From the NCBI GenBank assembly GCA_002687935.1, contig NZBN01000006.1, forward strand, positions 4,144-68,143: a stretch of 64,000 nucleotides of DNA. Reading direction: 5' to 3'. The notes below the pieces were generated by a model. That model saw nothing but the letters and a program-made list of their open reading frames with translations. It made no database searches and had not been told where the DNA came from. Positions within the stretch are counted from its first letter, which is position 1; each line of letters opens with the position of its first letter. This document shows positions 1 through 10,010 of this stretch, piece by piece. The position numbers and the translations under genes were made by a program. The stretch is from Methanobacteriota archaeon. GTDB taxonomy: Archaea > Undinarchaeota > Undinarchaeia > Undinarchaeales > Undinarchaeaceae.

Positions 1-61
1 TCATAAGCTCGTCGTCGACAAGGTCTTCCTTTTTCTTCTTGAATTTATCCAATAATCCCAT
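1..61 (-). CDS. 5' end of a CDS running off the left edge (MGLLDKFKKKKEDLVDDELM...)
   Basis: ATG at 61-59 on the minus strand and open to position 1. Only 20 codons are visible. The N-terminus resembles the MG-hydrophobic-basic starts at 43449 and 36096. Confidence 0.25.
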   Translation of the reverse strand, partial: MGLLDKFKKKKEDLVDDELM

Positions 62-98
62 AAGCAGAGTTTAGAATTATAACTTATAAAGTTGTTGA

Positions 99-452
99 TT
101 ACTTTGGGCTGTAGTTTGCGCTATCTCTGTCATAGCTCTCAAAAATTGAGAAGAAGATGAGTTGGGAATCACTGGGATTGAAAACTTTGTGAAAGTCTCC
201 TGGCGCTATTGTAACGACATCGCCTTTTTTGAAATCAATTTTTTCCTCGGCTACCTGGATTTGTCCTTCGCCTTCTAGGCAGAAATAGACTTCTTCAACA
301 CCTTCGTGGTCATGTCCGCGAGTTTCCTGTTTTGGATTCATATTTGTCAAGGAGAGTGTAAGATGTTCGAGTTTCATATCGTACAAATCGTAGCGCTCGG
401 TACTCTTAACGAGATTTGCGACATCTTTGAAGGTATCGAAATTGAATTTCAT
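99..452 (-). CDS. cupin-domain protein
   Basis: 117 aa. Cupin_2-like motifs: GHDHEGVEEVYFCLEGEG ... GDVVTIAPGDFHKVFN. Confidence 0.75.
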   Translation of the reverse strand: MKFNFDTFKDVANLVKSTERYDLYDMKLEHLTLSLTNMNPKQETRGHDHEGVEEVYFCLEGEGQIQVAEEKIDFKKGDVVTIAPGDFHKVFNPSDSQLIFFSIFESYDRDSANYSPK

Positions 453-725
453 TTCACTCTTTTGTTTCAGGTTTTTGTTATAATACTTTCGTTTTATTTG
501 ATTCTTATGAAATATAGTAGCATAATTATTCTGATGAGAAGAATGGCAAAAACTATTGAAGCAGTTATGAAAGAATTCCAGTTTAAGGAGAATCCTGCTA
601 GGAGAACAAGAACTATCGCCGCCAAGGAAGAATAGCGGAGTATTTTATTTGCCTTGTTGATATCCATTAGAACTTGTAAGAAGGGGAAATATAAATAGGA
701 TGCTGGGTAGATAAATTGCGCTTAG

Positions 726-809
726 GCGGGGGTGCCGGAGCGGTCAAACGGGCCAGGCTTAGGACCTGGTAGCTTAGTGCTTACGCAGGTTCGAATCCTG
801 TCCCCCGCA
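726..809 (+). tRNA. tRNA-Leu (anticodon TAG), long variable arm, no encoded CCA
   Basis: Acceptor GCGGGGG/CCCCCGC. Anticodon stem CCAGG/CCTGG with loop CTTAGGA. T-arm GCAGG-TTCGAAT-CCTGT. Long extra arm typical of class II tRNA. Confidence 0.9.
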
Positions 810-893
810 TCAAACTTTTCCTATTAAGAACTGAAATCGTAAATGATTAAGTTTATAAATAAAAAACTTTTAAGCGAGATTAAGGTGATAGCT

Positions 894-1049
894 ATGTTAG
901 ACAGAAGACAGACAGGTTGGTTGTTGGCTTTGGTTGGTCTATTATTTGGACTACAAGACCTAGGTCTACTAAGCCTAAGAGGCCTTGAGTTGTGGAGTCT
1001 GGTCGTCCTTGTCCTTGGACTTGGATGGGAAACTCTCCTCAAGAAGTAA
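894..1049 (+). CDS. possible small 2-TM membrane protein (MLDRRQTGWLLALVGLLFG...)
   Basis: ORF-track frame 843-1049, with an internal ATG at 894. Hydrophobic, and followed by a hairpin plus T12. No recognisable family. Confidence 0.25.
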   Translation: MLDRRQTGWLLALVGLLFGLQDLGLLSLRGLELWSLVVLVLGLGWETLLKK

Positions 1050-1072
1050 AACATCAAAAAAAATAGGAGAGA

Positions 1073-1104
1073 GGTCAACCTTAATGACCCAATTTTTTTT
1101 TTTT
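1073..1104 (+). terminator. hairpin GGTCA-N7-TGACC followed by a T12 run
   Basis: Stem at 1073-1077/1085-1089 and T-run at 1093-1104, immediately after the small ORF and abutting the hel308 stop. Oligo-T is the archaeal termination signal. Confidence 0.4.
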
Positions 1105-1107
1105 ATT

Positions 1108-3207
1108 TTAATAATCGTCTTTATCCAAGACAGTGAGTATTTTTTCAGCCGTCTTTTTTCCAATGAGGGAAGATATTTTTTCGACCCCGGATTTCTTTAA
1201 ACCTATTTTATCTTTTATACCAGCAGTGTAAAGTTTTCTGGCTCTGATTCGTCCGATTCCTCTGACAGAAACCAGAGGAAGTAGCTCTTTTTTCACTCCG
1301 TACTTGAGGCGACGCCTTAAAGTCAGAACTTGATGAGAATGTTGGTCTTTGTTTGTAATTCTTGAAATTTCAGAACTTGCGTAGAGGAGCCAGTCCATAA
1401 TATTTAATTTTCCTCTGAGAACTCCAGGCGGTACGGCGTATTTATCATATAGTACATCATCATGAGTTTCGTCCATCCATTTTCCGAAAATGTAAGCCTG
1501 TTTGAATGCGCGCTCGAGACCGTCTTCTATTTCCAAACTGTCCATTGCCAAATATATCTCGTCTTCTTCAGAGCGCCGAATTGCTCCGAGGGGGCGCATC
1601 TCAGCCGCATTGCAAAGCATAGTAAGCATTAGTTCCCCACTTATTTTACTCTCAGAAAGCATCTGAATTATTTCGAATGCAGTAAGGGGGTCCAGATAGA
1701 GTTGGGCAACTCTGAGCCCGAGCATTGTGCATCTGAGATTTTCATCTGCGTCATCCTCTATGAACCCCCATTCGAAGAGGTCGTCAAGTATTTCAGACAA
1801 TGTTGTTTCGAGATGGCTGACATCGGAATATTGGAAAACGTAGAAAGTTTTGTTATAGAATTCCACGAGTTTTTCCCTGGACCTCGGAGACTCTGCAATT
1901 AGACCGAGTGTGTGCATTCTCAGGACAGGCGCAACTCCGAGTTTTGAGGAAATTGGCTCAGGTCTTCCTTCAATATAGTGTTCCCAAAGTTCGTCGAACT
2001 CTTCCTGAGATGAAGCGATTAGTACTGCCTCCCCTTCTGTATCATATTTTGGCCGGCCTGCTCTACCGAACATTTGGTGGACTTCGAGAACAGGAATTGG
2101 CTCCATTCCGAAAGTTCCATAGCGCTTGTAATCTCTAATTATGACACGTTTTCCAGGTAAATTTACTCCGGCGGCAAGAGTAGGAGTAGAGCAGATTGTT
2201 TTTATTAAATTTGATTTGAAACTGTCTTCAATTATCTTACGCTGAGTGTTGTGAAGACCTGCGTGATGGAATGCCGCTCCTCCGCGAACTATTGTTGAAA
2301 GACGGACGCATTGTTTAGTTGGACTTTCGAGGACATTTAGAATTCTGTCCGCAATTCGTTCCAGTTCTTTTTTCTCCTTTGTTTTTAGGAGATGGACAAT
2401 TTTCTTTGATTGTTTTTCAGACTCAGCTTCTGCCGACCTTCTTGTGCTGACGAAGACGAGACCTTGGGCTCCTTTGTGGATTATATCAGTTGCCAAGGAG
2501 ATAGAGGGAGAACTTCCAGCTTCCAGCTTCTGGTCTGATTTTCCATTGAAGGAGATTTCATTGTTGAAGTAAACGCCTTTTGAAAGTTTTACCGGTCTGA
2601 AAGAAGACTCGACAAGCTTTGAGTCAAGCCACTTGGCAATCTCCTCGCTGTTTTCTATTGTTGCACTCAGAGCGAGGAATTGTGGATTTAATTTTTTGAG
2701 TTTTGTGGCAACTATTTCAAGCGTTGGTCCGCGATTTGCAGAATCAATAAGATGGACTTCATCGAGAACGACTATTCCAATTTTACCTATCCAAGAAGGA
2801 TGATGGCGCATTATAGAGTCCATCTTCTCATTCGTCATTATGAGAATATCGTACTTGTCCAGTTCGGAACCTGATGAATCTAGGTCACTTGTGGAAATGC
2901 CGATTTTTACAAGCTTTCCGTGTTTCTTTTTTAGTTCTTCGTATTTTTCTGATGCCAGAGCCCGGAGGGGGGCAAGATATATTGCTTTGTAACCTTGCTG
3001 AACTTTTGATAGCATTGCCAGCTCTGCGATGAGGGTTTTTCCTGACGCCGTCGGAATTGCAATAGTCATATTTTCACCGTCGAGAAGTCCGGCTTCAATT
3101 GCCTTTTCCTGTGGTTCGTAGAGTTCTCCAATTCCATCTTCCTCGATTATTCTAGTTATAGCGGATTCCATCACCGGATAACGTTTGGAGATTTCAGAAA
3201 GCTGCAT
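1108..3207 (-). CDS. hel308: Hel308/Ski2-type DNA helicase
   Basis: 699 aa. Walker A IPTASGKT, DEVH box, RAGRP motif VI, C-terminal winged-helix/ratchet/HhH-like tail (VRGIGRIRARKL). Confidence 0.9.
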   Translation of the reverse strand: MQLSEISKRYPVMESAITRIIEEDGIGELYEPQEKAIEAGLLDGENMTIAIPTASGKTLIAELAMLSKVQQGYKAIYLAPLRALASEKYEELKKKHGKLVKIGISTSDLDSSGSELDKYDILIMTNEKMDSIMRHHPSWIGKIGIVVLDEVHLIDSANRGPTLEIVATKLKKLNPQFLALSATIENSEEIAKWLDSKLVESSFRPVKLSKGVYFNNEISFNGKSDQKLEAGSSPSISLATDIIHKGAQGLVFVSTRRSAEAESEKQSKKIVHLLKTKEKKELERIADRILNVLESPTKQCVRLSTIVRGGAAFHHAGLHNTQRKIIEDSFKSNLIKTICSTPTLAAGVNLPGKRVIIRDYKRYGTFGMEPIPVLEVHQMFGRAGRPKYDTEGEAVLIASSQEEFDELWEHYIEGRPEPISSKLGVAPVLRMHTLGLIAESPRSREKLVEFYNKTFYVFQYSDVSHLETTLSEILDDLFEWGFIEDDADENLRCTMLGLRVAQLYLDPLTAFEIIQMLSESKISGELMLTMLCNAAEMRPLGAIRRSEEDEIYLAMDSLEIEDGLERAFKQAYIFGKWMDETHDDVLYDKYAVPPGVLRGKLNIMDWLLYASSEISRITNKDQHSHQVLTLRRRLKYGVKKELLPLVSVRGIGRIRARKLYTAGIKDKIGLKKSGVEKISSLIGKKTAEKILTVLDKDDY

Positions 3208-3230
3208 AACAATATATTTAATTATGATAG

Positions 3231-3761
3231 TTGATATCTTTAGCTATGGCAGAACTGTTTAAGGTTGCTGGAATTGAAATTGAAAGTCTCGGAAAGAAAG
3301 AATTGGAGGCGCTTAAGAGGGTACTGTCGGAAAATTCCAAAATTTACAAGAATATTCTTAGATATGCCGCAGAAGAGAAGGGGGAGAAAGTAGAGGAAAC
3401 AGAAGTTGATGTTCTTGAGGTCATTTCACATGTGTATAATGGCCTGCATGAGCACGATAAAATACGCTCAGAGCTTTTGAAAGTTTCCGCACAGGGAAAG
3501 GGAAAGAATAGGAAATTCTACTGCTATATAACACCGCATACATATATTTTGAAAGAAGGAGAATTAGAAGGACTGGAAAATTACCATATTCTCAGAATTT
3601 TTATAGAAGAAGGAGATGTAAAAATCTGGCTATATCTTCATAAGGACCAGAAGAGAAGAGACGAAAGGGAGGAAGACCACTTCATACTTATTTGGGATAT
3701 TATTAAAAAGAAATTGAATAGAGAGGGAATAAGTTTTCTTCCAGATAAATCTAACGAATAA
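3231..3761 (+). CDS. hypothetical protein
   Basis: 176-aa ORF filling the gap between hel308 and the next gene. No recognised motif. An alternative ATG lies at 3246. Confidence 0.45.
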   Translation: MISLAMAELFKVAGIEIESLGKKELEALKRVLSENSKIYKNILRYAAEEKGEKVEETEVDVLEVISHVYNGLHEHDKIRSELLKVSAQGKGKNRKFYCYITPHTYILKEGELEGLENYHILRIFIEEGDVKIWLYLHKDQKRRDEREEDHFILIWDIIKKKLNREGISFLPDKSNE

Positions 3762-4365
3762 TATCGGCGGCTGAGGTTCCTATCATTGTTGGAAGTGCGA
3801 CAACAAGAATTAATTTGACTGACTCAGCAAAGCTATGACCAGGTCCGACTATTCCGAAGAAGGTGTAAGTCACTGTAACAATTAGAAGTGAGAGAAGGTA
3901 GAATATGACAAATCTTTTTGGAAGGAGTTTGAAAATTATTTTTTGTTCTTTAATTTTCCTGTACTGTGAGAAGTAGAGTACCGAAGCTCCGGCGAAAAGT
4001 GTGAAAATAACAATAATGGAAACAAAGGCAGGATGCATTGCTTTTGCACCTTCTATAACAACTTCATGCCAGGCTAGAGAGCCCATACCTATAATTCCGC
4101 CTATGAAACCCCGGGAAAAATCTTTGAAGGTAAATTTTTCTATGATTGGATTGCTGAGTTTTCTAAGTCCTGCGAGCTCTTTTTCGAATTCTTCGAACTC
4201 GACTTTTTCCTCTTTCCTCTCAGTTCGGACAAGTTTTTCCAGTGTTTCTATATCTTCCTCAATCTTTTCTAGACCTTTCTGAGTCTCTGTTTTCTTCTTT
4301 GGTTTTTTAACGGCTTTTGGCATGGATGCTTCCCTTACCTGTTGGTATAAATCGCTGTATTTCAT
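3751..4365 (-). CDS. membrane protein with charged coiled N-terminus and about 4 TM segments
   Basis: 204-aa ORF. A start at the ATG at 4323 (MPKAVKKPKKK) would reduce the overlap with the upstream gene. Hydrophobic C-terminal half. Confidence 0.5.
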   Translation of the reverse strand: MKYSDLYQQVREASMPKAVKKPKKKTETQKGLEKIEEDIETLEKLVRTERKEEKVEFEEFEKELAGLRKLSNPIIEKFTFKDFSRGFIGGIIGMGSLAWHEVVIEGAKAMHPAFVSIIVIFTLFAGASVLYFSQYRKIKEQKIIFKLLPKRFVIFYLLSLLIVTVTYTFFGIVGPGHSFAESVKLILVVALPTMIGTSAADIIR

Positions 4366-6031
4366 CCAGCTTTATATGTTTTAGTTTTTCAGAATCAGAC
4401 TTTGATGCTTTTTTTATCCAGGAAGCCTTTGCTTTTTTTGCAATATCACCAGATTTTGTAGGACCTGGGATAATAACAGAGAAATATTTTGCCTGTTTTT
4501 CAACGCTTTTTTCCGGACCGCCTATGACCTGCCATTTCTTTGTTAAGCCGATAGCGATTTTTAATTCTGTATTTCTGAAGTAATTCTTCTTGCCTTTTAT
4601 CATAAAGGCCCCTTTTCCTATATGTTCTCCACTGGGAGCCGATTTTGAAACCTGAATAGGATTTATCCAGTATACATCAGAGGTTCCGAGACCTCTCTGC
4701 CATGCTTTTGAGTAAGATACTGCGAACTCCGCAGTTTCTTTGAGACTTGTTATTGGAACATCTTTGCTTTCTAGACCGCCAGTTTTGATGACGCAAAAGG
4801 GAGCTCCGGTGACATCGGCGTGGAAAACTAAGTCCTTAGGCTCTGTGTGTTTTTTGATTATTATTTCATTAGTAGTTGCATCTTTTCCGCCTATGATGAG
4901 GAAACCGTCCGAACTGATGAACCAACGGAATTTTTCATACCATTCTCTTTTTACAGGCTCTTTTAAGACGGGGGCTGTTTTTTCAGCTTCCTTTTTCGCT
5001 GAGCCTAGTTTTTTCTCAGTTTTTTTTATGGAATCCAGAAGTCCGTCAATTTTTCCCTTGGACTTTTTGGACTTTTCGTAAAGTTTCCCTGCTTTTTCGA
5101 ATTCTCCTCTTTTAGAAAGTTCATCTGCCTCTTTTCTGAAAGTTTTTGAATTAGAAAGGAGTTTTGAGACCTGTTCTTTTTGTTTTTTCAAAATTTTTAA
5201 CTGACGAATTTCTTCTTCACTTAGTTCTTCGGAATCGACAGAAAAATGTTTGTCAACTTCTTCATTGAAAGTTTTTAATTCTGATTTCTCAGATTTGTTG
5301 ACATTTATTGGATACGGTCTTCCATCTCTGATATGTGGTTTTGGGCTCGCCGCTTCTTTTAGAATTTTATCAATTGTCTTGTGAAGTAAATTGATGTCTT
5401 CTTTACTAAGGGAATCTGCTTGAGTAGTTTTGTCTATTTTAGCACGGATACAGAGTTCTTCTGCATATTCGCCGCCGAAATTAAGTTTTGTTGCTAGAAC
5501 TTTGACGAGCTCCTTTTTTTCGGAAAGTGTTTCTTTGAGTTCTTTTTCTGTAAGTTTTAGGGGATTCGAACTTTCAGGGGGGAATTTGTAGAGCTCATGA
5601 GGTTTTAGAGTTCGACCCTTCCATTTTTGGCGACGGAGAGGCATAAGTATTTTTCGTGATTCGTCAAGGAGCATAATATTGCCGTTTCTGAACATTTCGG
5701 CGACAAGAGTTCTCTGTTCTTTTCCACTGAAATGGAAAAGAAGGACTCTGTCAAAATCGTGCTGTTCAATTAACTGGAGTTTTGAGTTTCCGAGGTGCTT
5801 CCTGAGATGCATTGTAAATCCGCTCGGAGTTTTTGGAAATTTTGTGGAATAGTTTGTAAGGTATGTTCCTTGAAGACTTATTGCAAGAAGCTTCTGCCCC
5901 TGAAAGCGAAGGTATATGCGGTCACCTTTCTGGTAAATTTTTGAAACTCGACTTCCCTCAAGTTGTCTCAATTCTGAGGCTATTGAAAATATGTCAAGAG
6001 ACGATAGCTCTTTTTTTGGCATTATATTCAC
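4307..6031 (-). CDS. NFACT-family protein (RqcH/FbpA-like, ribosome quality control)
   Basis: 574 aa. The N-terminus (LSSLDIFSIASELRQL...KIYQ) is typical of NFACT-N. Central coiled coil. DUF814/NFACT-R motif DLVFHADVTGAPFCVIK. Confidence 0.8.
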   Translation of the reverse strand: MNIMPKKELSSLDIFSIASELRQLEGSRVSKIYQKGDRIYLRFQGQKLLAISLQGTYLTNYSTKFPKTPSGFTMHLRKHLGNSKLQLIEQHDFDRVLLFHFSGKEQRTLVAEMFRNGNIMLLDESRKILMPLRRQKWKGRTLKPHELYKFPPESSNPLKLTEKELKETLSEKKELVKVLATKLNFGGEYAEELCIRAKIDKTTQADSLSKEDINLLHKTIDKILKEAASPKPHIRDGRPYPINVNKSEKSELKTFNEEVDKHFSVDSEELSEEEIRQLKILKKQKEQVSKLLSNSKTFRKEADELSKRGEFEKAGKLYEKSKKSKGKIDGLLDSIKKTEKKLGSAKKEAEKTAPVLKEPVKREWYEKFRWFISSDGFLIIGGKDATTNEIIIKKHTEPKDLVFHADVTGAPFCVIKTGGLESKDVPITSLKETAEFAVSYSKAWQRGLGTSDVYWINPIQVSKSAPSGEHIGKGAFMIKGKKNYFRNTELKIAIGLTKKWQVIGGPEKSVEKQAKYFSVIIPGPTKSGDIAKKAKASWIKKASKSDSEKLKHIKLDEIQRFIPTGKGSIHAKSR

Positions 6032-6756
6032 TCCGCACTTGGAGTCCGTTTTTTGAGACCGAGGAACTCCAGCTCGTCATCCTCATCGGACTCGTCGTGA
6101 GCTTTCTCGAATTTATCTAGGAGAGGTATTGTATCCTGGACTTTCTCCTGAAGAAGTAGATTTTCCCATTCATTTGCGGACAGGTCTTTCTTTGCACGAA
6201 TTTCAGAAAGAGATATACCACGAGGTTTCTTTTGAAGTTTTTCTTCCTTTCTTGCCTTTATGTCAGTGAATTTTGTTTTAGCGGCGTCTATCTTTTCCTT
6301 CATATCACTTGCATCACCTTCTCCAAGATATTCTACAAGTTTGTAAGTCGTTGACAGCATTCTTGTGCGTTCGTAAGGATCTGCTTTTATGAGACCGCGA
6401 CCAAGAAGGTCTTTGACATAATCATAGACTCTGTTGCCGAAGCGCTGAACAACAATCGACTGTTTAACAGGTTGTTTGTATGCTATAAATGAGAGAACTT
6501 TTACGAGGGCGCGAGACATATCCATCTGAGGAGCAAATGCCTTGACCTTGTGGAGATAGGCACTATCTATATCCATTTTGTATTCTCCCAGTTCATGAAT
6601 TATTTCAAGAGGAGAATTGCGGGCTCCGTATTCAAGGACAAGTTCATCGAGAAGGAGGACTATTGTGGACTCGTCTGATTCGACTAAGTCAGCCAGTTCT
6701 TTTGTGTCCATTCGCCGCCCAGAGATGAAAAGTGCGGCCTCTAATGTTTTCTTCAT
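6028..6756 (-). CDS. scpB: segregation and condensation protein B (ScpB) with charged C-terminal extension
   Basis: The N-terminus TLEAALFISGRRMDTKELADL and the tandem winged-helix pattern are typical of ScpB. ATGA overlap with the downstream NFACT gene. Confidence 0.75.
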   Translation of the reverse strand: MKKTLEAALFISGRRMDTKELADLVESDESTIVLLLDELVLEYGARNSPLEIIHELGEYKMDIDSAYLHKVKAFAPQMDMSRALVKVLSFIAYKQPVKQSIVVQRFGNRVYDYVKDLLGRGLIKADPYERTRMLSTTYKLVEYLGEGDASDMKEKIDAAKTKFTDIKARKEEKLQKKPRGISLSEIRAKKDLSANEWENLLLQEKVQDTIPLLDKFEKAHDESDEDDELEFLGLKKRTPSAE

Positions 6757-6796
6757 GGGGTTACATTAATAAGAAGCGTATTTCTAATTTACTGAT

Positions 6797-7309
6797 ATGC
6801 GAGAAAGTGTATTTGTGGCACTGGAGAGAACCCTTCTGACTTTAGGCACCATAAGTCTATTTGTTTTTGTATATGGGCGAATCTTGGAAAGTCCTATACT
6901 TCTGGCTGCTTTCGCTTCCTCAGTCTTTACTGTATTCGGACACCCTGAATCAAAAATGGCTTCGACAAAGGCAGTTGTTGGAGGTCAGATGATTGGTGCA
7001 ATTACAGGATATGGAGTTTCATTAGTAATACCTGGTTTTACACCTCTTAGCGCTGGAGTAGCTGTTGCCACTGCAACGCTTTTCATGATATTGCTGGGAG
7101 TACAGCACCCTCCTGCAGCAGGAACATCTATGTCATTCGTTTATAATGCAGGAGGAGTGAGCACTGCCTCAAATTTCTGGATGGCAATAGTGGTTATATT
7201 GTCCCTGAGCTTGTTGAAAATAATATTTAGAGTTGGAGACTGGCTTCTTCATAGTACAGAGAAAAAGTGGGCCAATCTTCATAAATGGTTCGGAGAAAAG
7301 GCACACTAA
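6797..7309 (+). CDS. HPP-family membrane protein
   Basis: 170 aa, 4-5 TM segments, GVQHPPAAGTS motif. Confidence 0.7.
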   Translation: MRESVFVALERTLLTLGTISLFVFVYGRILESPILLAAFASSVFTVFGHPESKMASTKAVVGGQMIGAITGYGVSLVIPGFTPLSAGVAVATATLFMILLGVQHPPAAGTSMSFVYNAGGVSTASNFWMAIVVILSLSLLKIIFRVGDWLLHSTEKKWANLHKWFGEKAH

Positions 7310-7361
7310 CTTTTGAAGTTAAAACAAAGTATTTATTTAAGAAGTTCTAATCAGAGTTGAG

Positions 7362-8726
7362 ATGGGAGAACTGGAAGATTTAATACGTACTGTTTCCGAG
7401 AAGGTCGCTATCGGAGAGGATGAAGTTAAGAAGAAGGTCAAGGAAAAACAGCGGGAGCTTTCAGGTCTTGTCTCAGAAACCGGTGCCGCGTATATAGTTG
7501 CAAATGAATTGGGGGTAAAGACGAAGAACCGAATTATTGAGAGTACAGTTAGAATAGGTGACATTCTTCCTGAGATGAAGGCAGTTTCAGTTCTTGGCAG
7601 AGTAAAAGCAATTTCTCCAGCCAGGGACTTTGTGAGTAAGAAGGGAATCAAGGGCAAGGTTTCGAATATGGAGATAGTTGACAATACTGCAAGTATAAGG
7701 ATTGCAATATGGAATCAGAGTGATATAGACAAACTTGAGAGTGGTGTGATAAAGGAAGGTCAAATAATTCAAATTAAAAATGGTTATGTCAGAGAGGGTT
7801 ATAGAGGTGGATTTGAAATAAATGTGGGAAACAAGGGGAAGCTTGTTGAAAATCCTGAAGAGGTTAATGAGACGGAATTTCCTGCTGAAGATGAATTTAC
7901 CTCAGCACTTGAAATTGGAAAAATAGTTCCAGATTCATCTGTTAATGTTGTGGGAAGAGTCATACGGAATTTTGGTGTGAATGAATTTGAAAGAGACGGG
8001 AGAACTGGAAAAGTTGCAAATCTTGTAATAGGTGACAGTTCAGGAACGGCTAAGCTTGTATTGTGGAATGAGAAAGCTGAAAAATCTGTTGAGTTGGCAG
8101 TTGGGGATATTGTAAGAGTTGGTAATGGTTTTGTAAAGCAGGGGCAGGCCGGGCTTGAAATACAAGCAAATTGGGGAACTACACTTGTCAAAAATCCAGA
8201 AGGAGTTGAAGTTCCTGCTGCAGATGATATAAATTATACAGCCGGAAGTTCTAATAATGGAACTCCGAAGGAAAGGGTTGAGGCAAAGATTGCTGATTTG
8301 AAAGAAGGAGATAAATACAGGCAGGTAAGAGGTGCGATAGTGAATATATTTGGAGATAATTTCATTCATTTGATGTGTCCTGAATGTAATAAAAAAGTAC
8401 GAGAGGGTCAATGTGATAAGTGTGGCATTATAGAAAAACCTAATAAACTTCTTATCATAAACGGGACTATAGATGATGGGAGTGGTACAATATCTGTTAC
8501 TTTCTTTAGGGAAGCTGCAGAAAAATTGATTGGAGTCACTCCTGAAGAAATAAGCAGCAGTTCTGTCGATATAATAGCAAAAGTAAATGAAGCACTCGGA
8601 AAAGAGGTTGTTGTTGAAGGTTCTGTTAAGAGAAATGACTACATGGACAGAATTGAACTGAATGTTTATGAAGTAAAGCCAGTCGATGCCGTGCAAGCGG
8701 CTGAAAAAATGATAGGAAGTGTATGA
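7362..8726 (+). CDS. rpa: replication protein A (multi-OB-fold ssDNA-binding protein with zinc ribbon)
   Basis: 454 aa. Repeated OB-fold-like blocks (V.GRV...R.F.....G.V....I.D.SG...L.LW). [17 protein letters not shown] zinc motif in the last OB fold. Confidence 0.85.
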   Translation: MGELEDLIRTVSEKVAIGEDEVKKKVKEKQRELSGLVSETGAAYIVANELGVKTKNRIIESTVRIGDILPEMKAVSVLGRVKAISPARDFVSKKGIKGKVSNMEIVDNTASIRIAIWNQSDIDKLESGVIKEGQIIQIKNGYVREGYRGGFEINVGNKGKLVENPEEVNETEFPAEDEFTSALEIGKIVPDSSVNVVGRVIRNFGVNEFERDGRTGKVANLVIGDSSGTAKLVLWNEKAEKSVELAVGDIVRVGNGFVKQGQAGLEIQANWGTTLVKNPEGVEVPAADDINYTAGSSNNGTPKERVEAKIADLKEGDKYRQVRGAIVNIFGDNFIHLMCPECNKKVREGQCDKCGIIEKPNKLLIINGTIDDGSGTISVTFFREAAEKLIGVTPEEISSSSVDIIAKVNEALGKEVVVEGSVKRNDYMDRIELNVYEVKPVDAVQAAEKMIGSV

Positions 8727-8736
8727 GGTAAGAAAA

Positions 8737-9834
8737 ATGGCAGATGAAAAAATAGAGGAAACTGAAGAAGAGAATAAGGATGAAGAATCCGCAACAGAAG
8801 AGTCGGAAAAGCCTATTGATGATGAGGAATCCCCTGTTGAAACTCCAGACGAAGTTGAGGAAATTGAAGAAGAGATAGAGGAAGAAATTGACGAAGATGG
8901 AGAAGAAAGTCTTGAGGATCTTGAAGGTATTGGACCTGCAACAGCTAAGAAGCTGATGGATGGAGGCTATTCAACTATAAAATCCGTTGCAACAGCAGCA
9001 ATTGGAGATATTACAGAGGCTGCCGAAATAAGCGAAGCTAAGGCGAAGAAGGTAATTACACTTGCGAAAGAGAAATGTAATATGGGTTTTGAGTCTGCAG
9101 AATCACTTCTTGTTAAACGGCAAGATATTGGAAAACTAACAACAGGCTCAGAAACTTTTGACACTCTGATGGCAGGAGGTCTGGAAACTCAGGCAATAAC
9201 AGAGTGTTATGGAGAATGGGGTTCTGGAAAGTCGCAGGTTGCAATGCAACTGGCTGTAACTGTTCAACTCCCTCTTGATAAAGGTGGTTTGGATGGAGAA
9301 GCTCTTTTTATTGATACGGAAAATACTTTCAGACCAGAGAGAGTTATGCAAATGGCTGAAGGAGTCGGTCTTGACCCCAAGGAGGTTCTGAAGAAAATTC
9401 ATGTAGCAAGAGCATATACATCTGATGACCAGATGCTTATGTCAGAGAAGGCCGCAGAGATGGTTAGGAACTCAAATATCAGACTTGTTATTGTGGACTC
9501 ACTAACTTCGCTGTTCAGAGCAGAATATGTTGGAAGAGGCACACTTGCAGCGAGACAGCAGAAACTTAACAGGCATTTGTCTACTCTGCACAAACTGGCA
9601 GATTTGAATAATTGTGTGGTTTATATTACAAACCAGGTTATGTCGAAGCCGGACATGTTCTTTGGAGACCCTACCAAGCCAATTGGGGGACATATACTTG
9701 GGCACAGTGCAACATTTAGAATTTATCTCAGAAAGAGTAAGGCAGGAAAGAGGATTGCCAGACTCGTTGACAGCCCAAACCTTCCGGACGGGGAAGCTGT
9801 GTTCAAGGTAACAGAAAACGGTCTTGAAGACTGA
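8737..9834 (+). CDS. radA: RadA recombinase with about 55-aa acidic N-terminal extension
   Basis: Hh[16 protein letters not shown]. Walker [10 protein letters not shown]. Walker B RLVIVDSL. The ORF track starts at 8719, and I prefer the ATG at 8737 (MADEK). Confidence 0.95.
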   Translation: MADEKIEETEEENKDEESATEESEKPIDDEESPVETPDEVEEIEEEIEEEIDEDGEESLEDLEGIGPATAKKLMDGGYSTIKSVATAAIGDITEAAEISEAKAKKVITLAKEKCNMGFESAESLLVKRQDIGKLTTGSETFDTLMAGGLETQAITECYGEWGSGKSQVAMQLAVTVQLPLDKGGLDGEALFIDTENTFRPERVMQMAEGVGLDPKEVLKKIHVARAYTSDDQMLMSEKAAEMVRNSNIRLVIVDSLTSLFRAEYVGRGTLAARQQKLNRHLSTLHKLADLNNCVVYITNQVMSKPDMFFGDPTKPIGGHILGHSATFRIYLRKSKAGKRIARLVDSPNLPDGEAVFKVTENGLED

Positions 9835-10010
9835 TGTTAAAAAATTCTAAGGGGCATCACCTAGTTGGAAGCTATCGACAACTCCGACTCCTTTCTCTTT
9901 TGTCTCATATTTTATGATTTCAACACACCTCAAGGGGCTTATAGGTGACGGTTTTGGTTATATATCTTTCCACCACAGACCATATATAATAAGCTGATTT
10001 AAGCAAATAT

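Noticed and set aside
520-600. C/D-box sRNA candidate (CTGATGAG at about 527)
   Set aside because: No D box (CUGA) or C'/D' pair is present at the expected 12-nt guide spacing downstream.
306-635. 109-aa plus-strand ORF overlapping the cupin gene in antisense and extending into the spacer
   Set aside because: Most of it is the mirror frame of a well-supported cupin CDS, and the composition is hydrophobic junk. A short MRRMAKTIEAVMKEF... peptide (from about 535) could exist, but it has no support.
9835-10010. Possible structured RNA between radA and corA (TCACCTA ... TAGGTGA, 76 nt apart)
   Set aside because: It is only a 7-bp inverted match in AT-rich DNA with no supporting secondary pairing. 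It is more likely the promoter spacer for corA.
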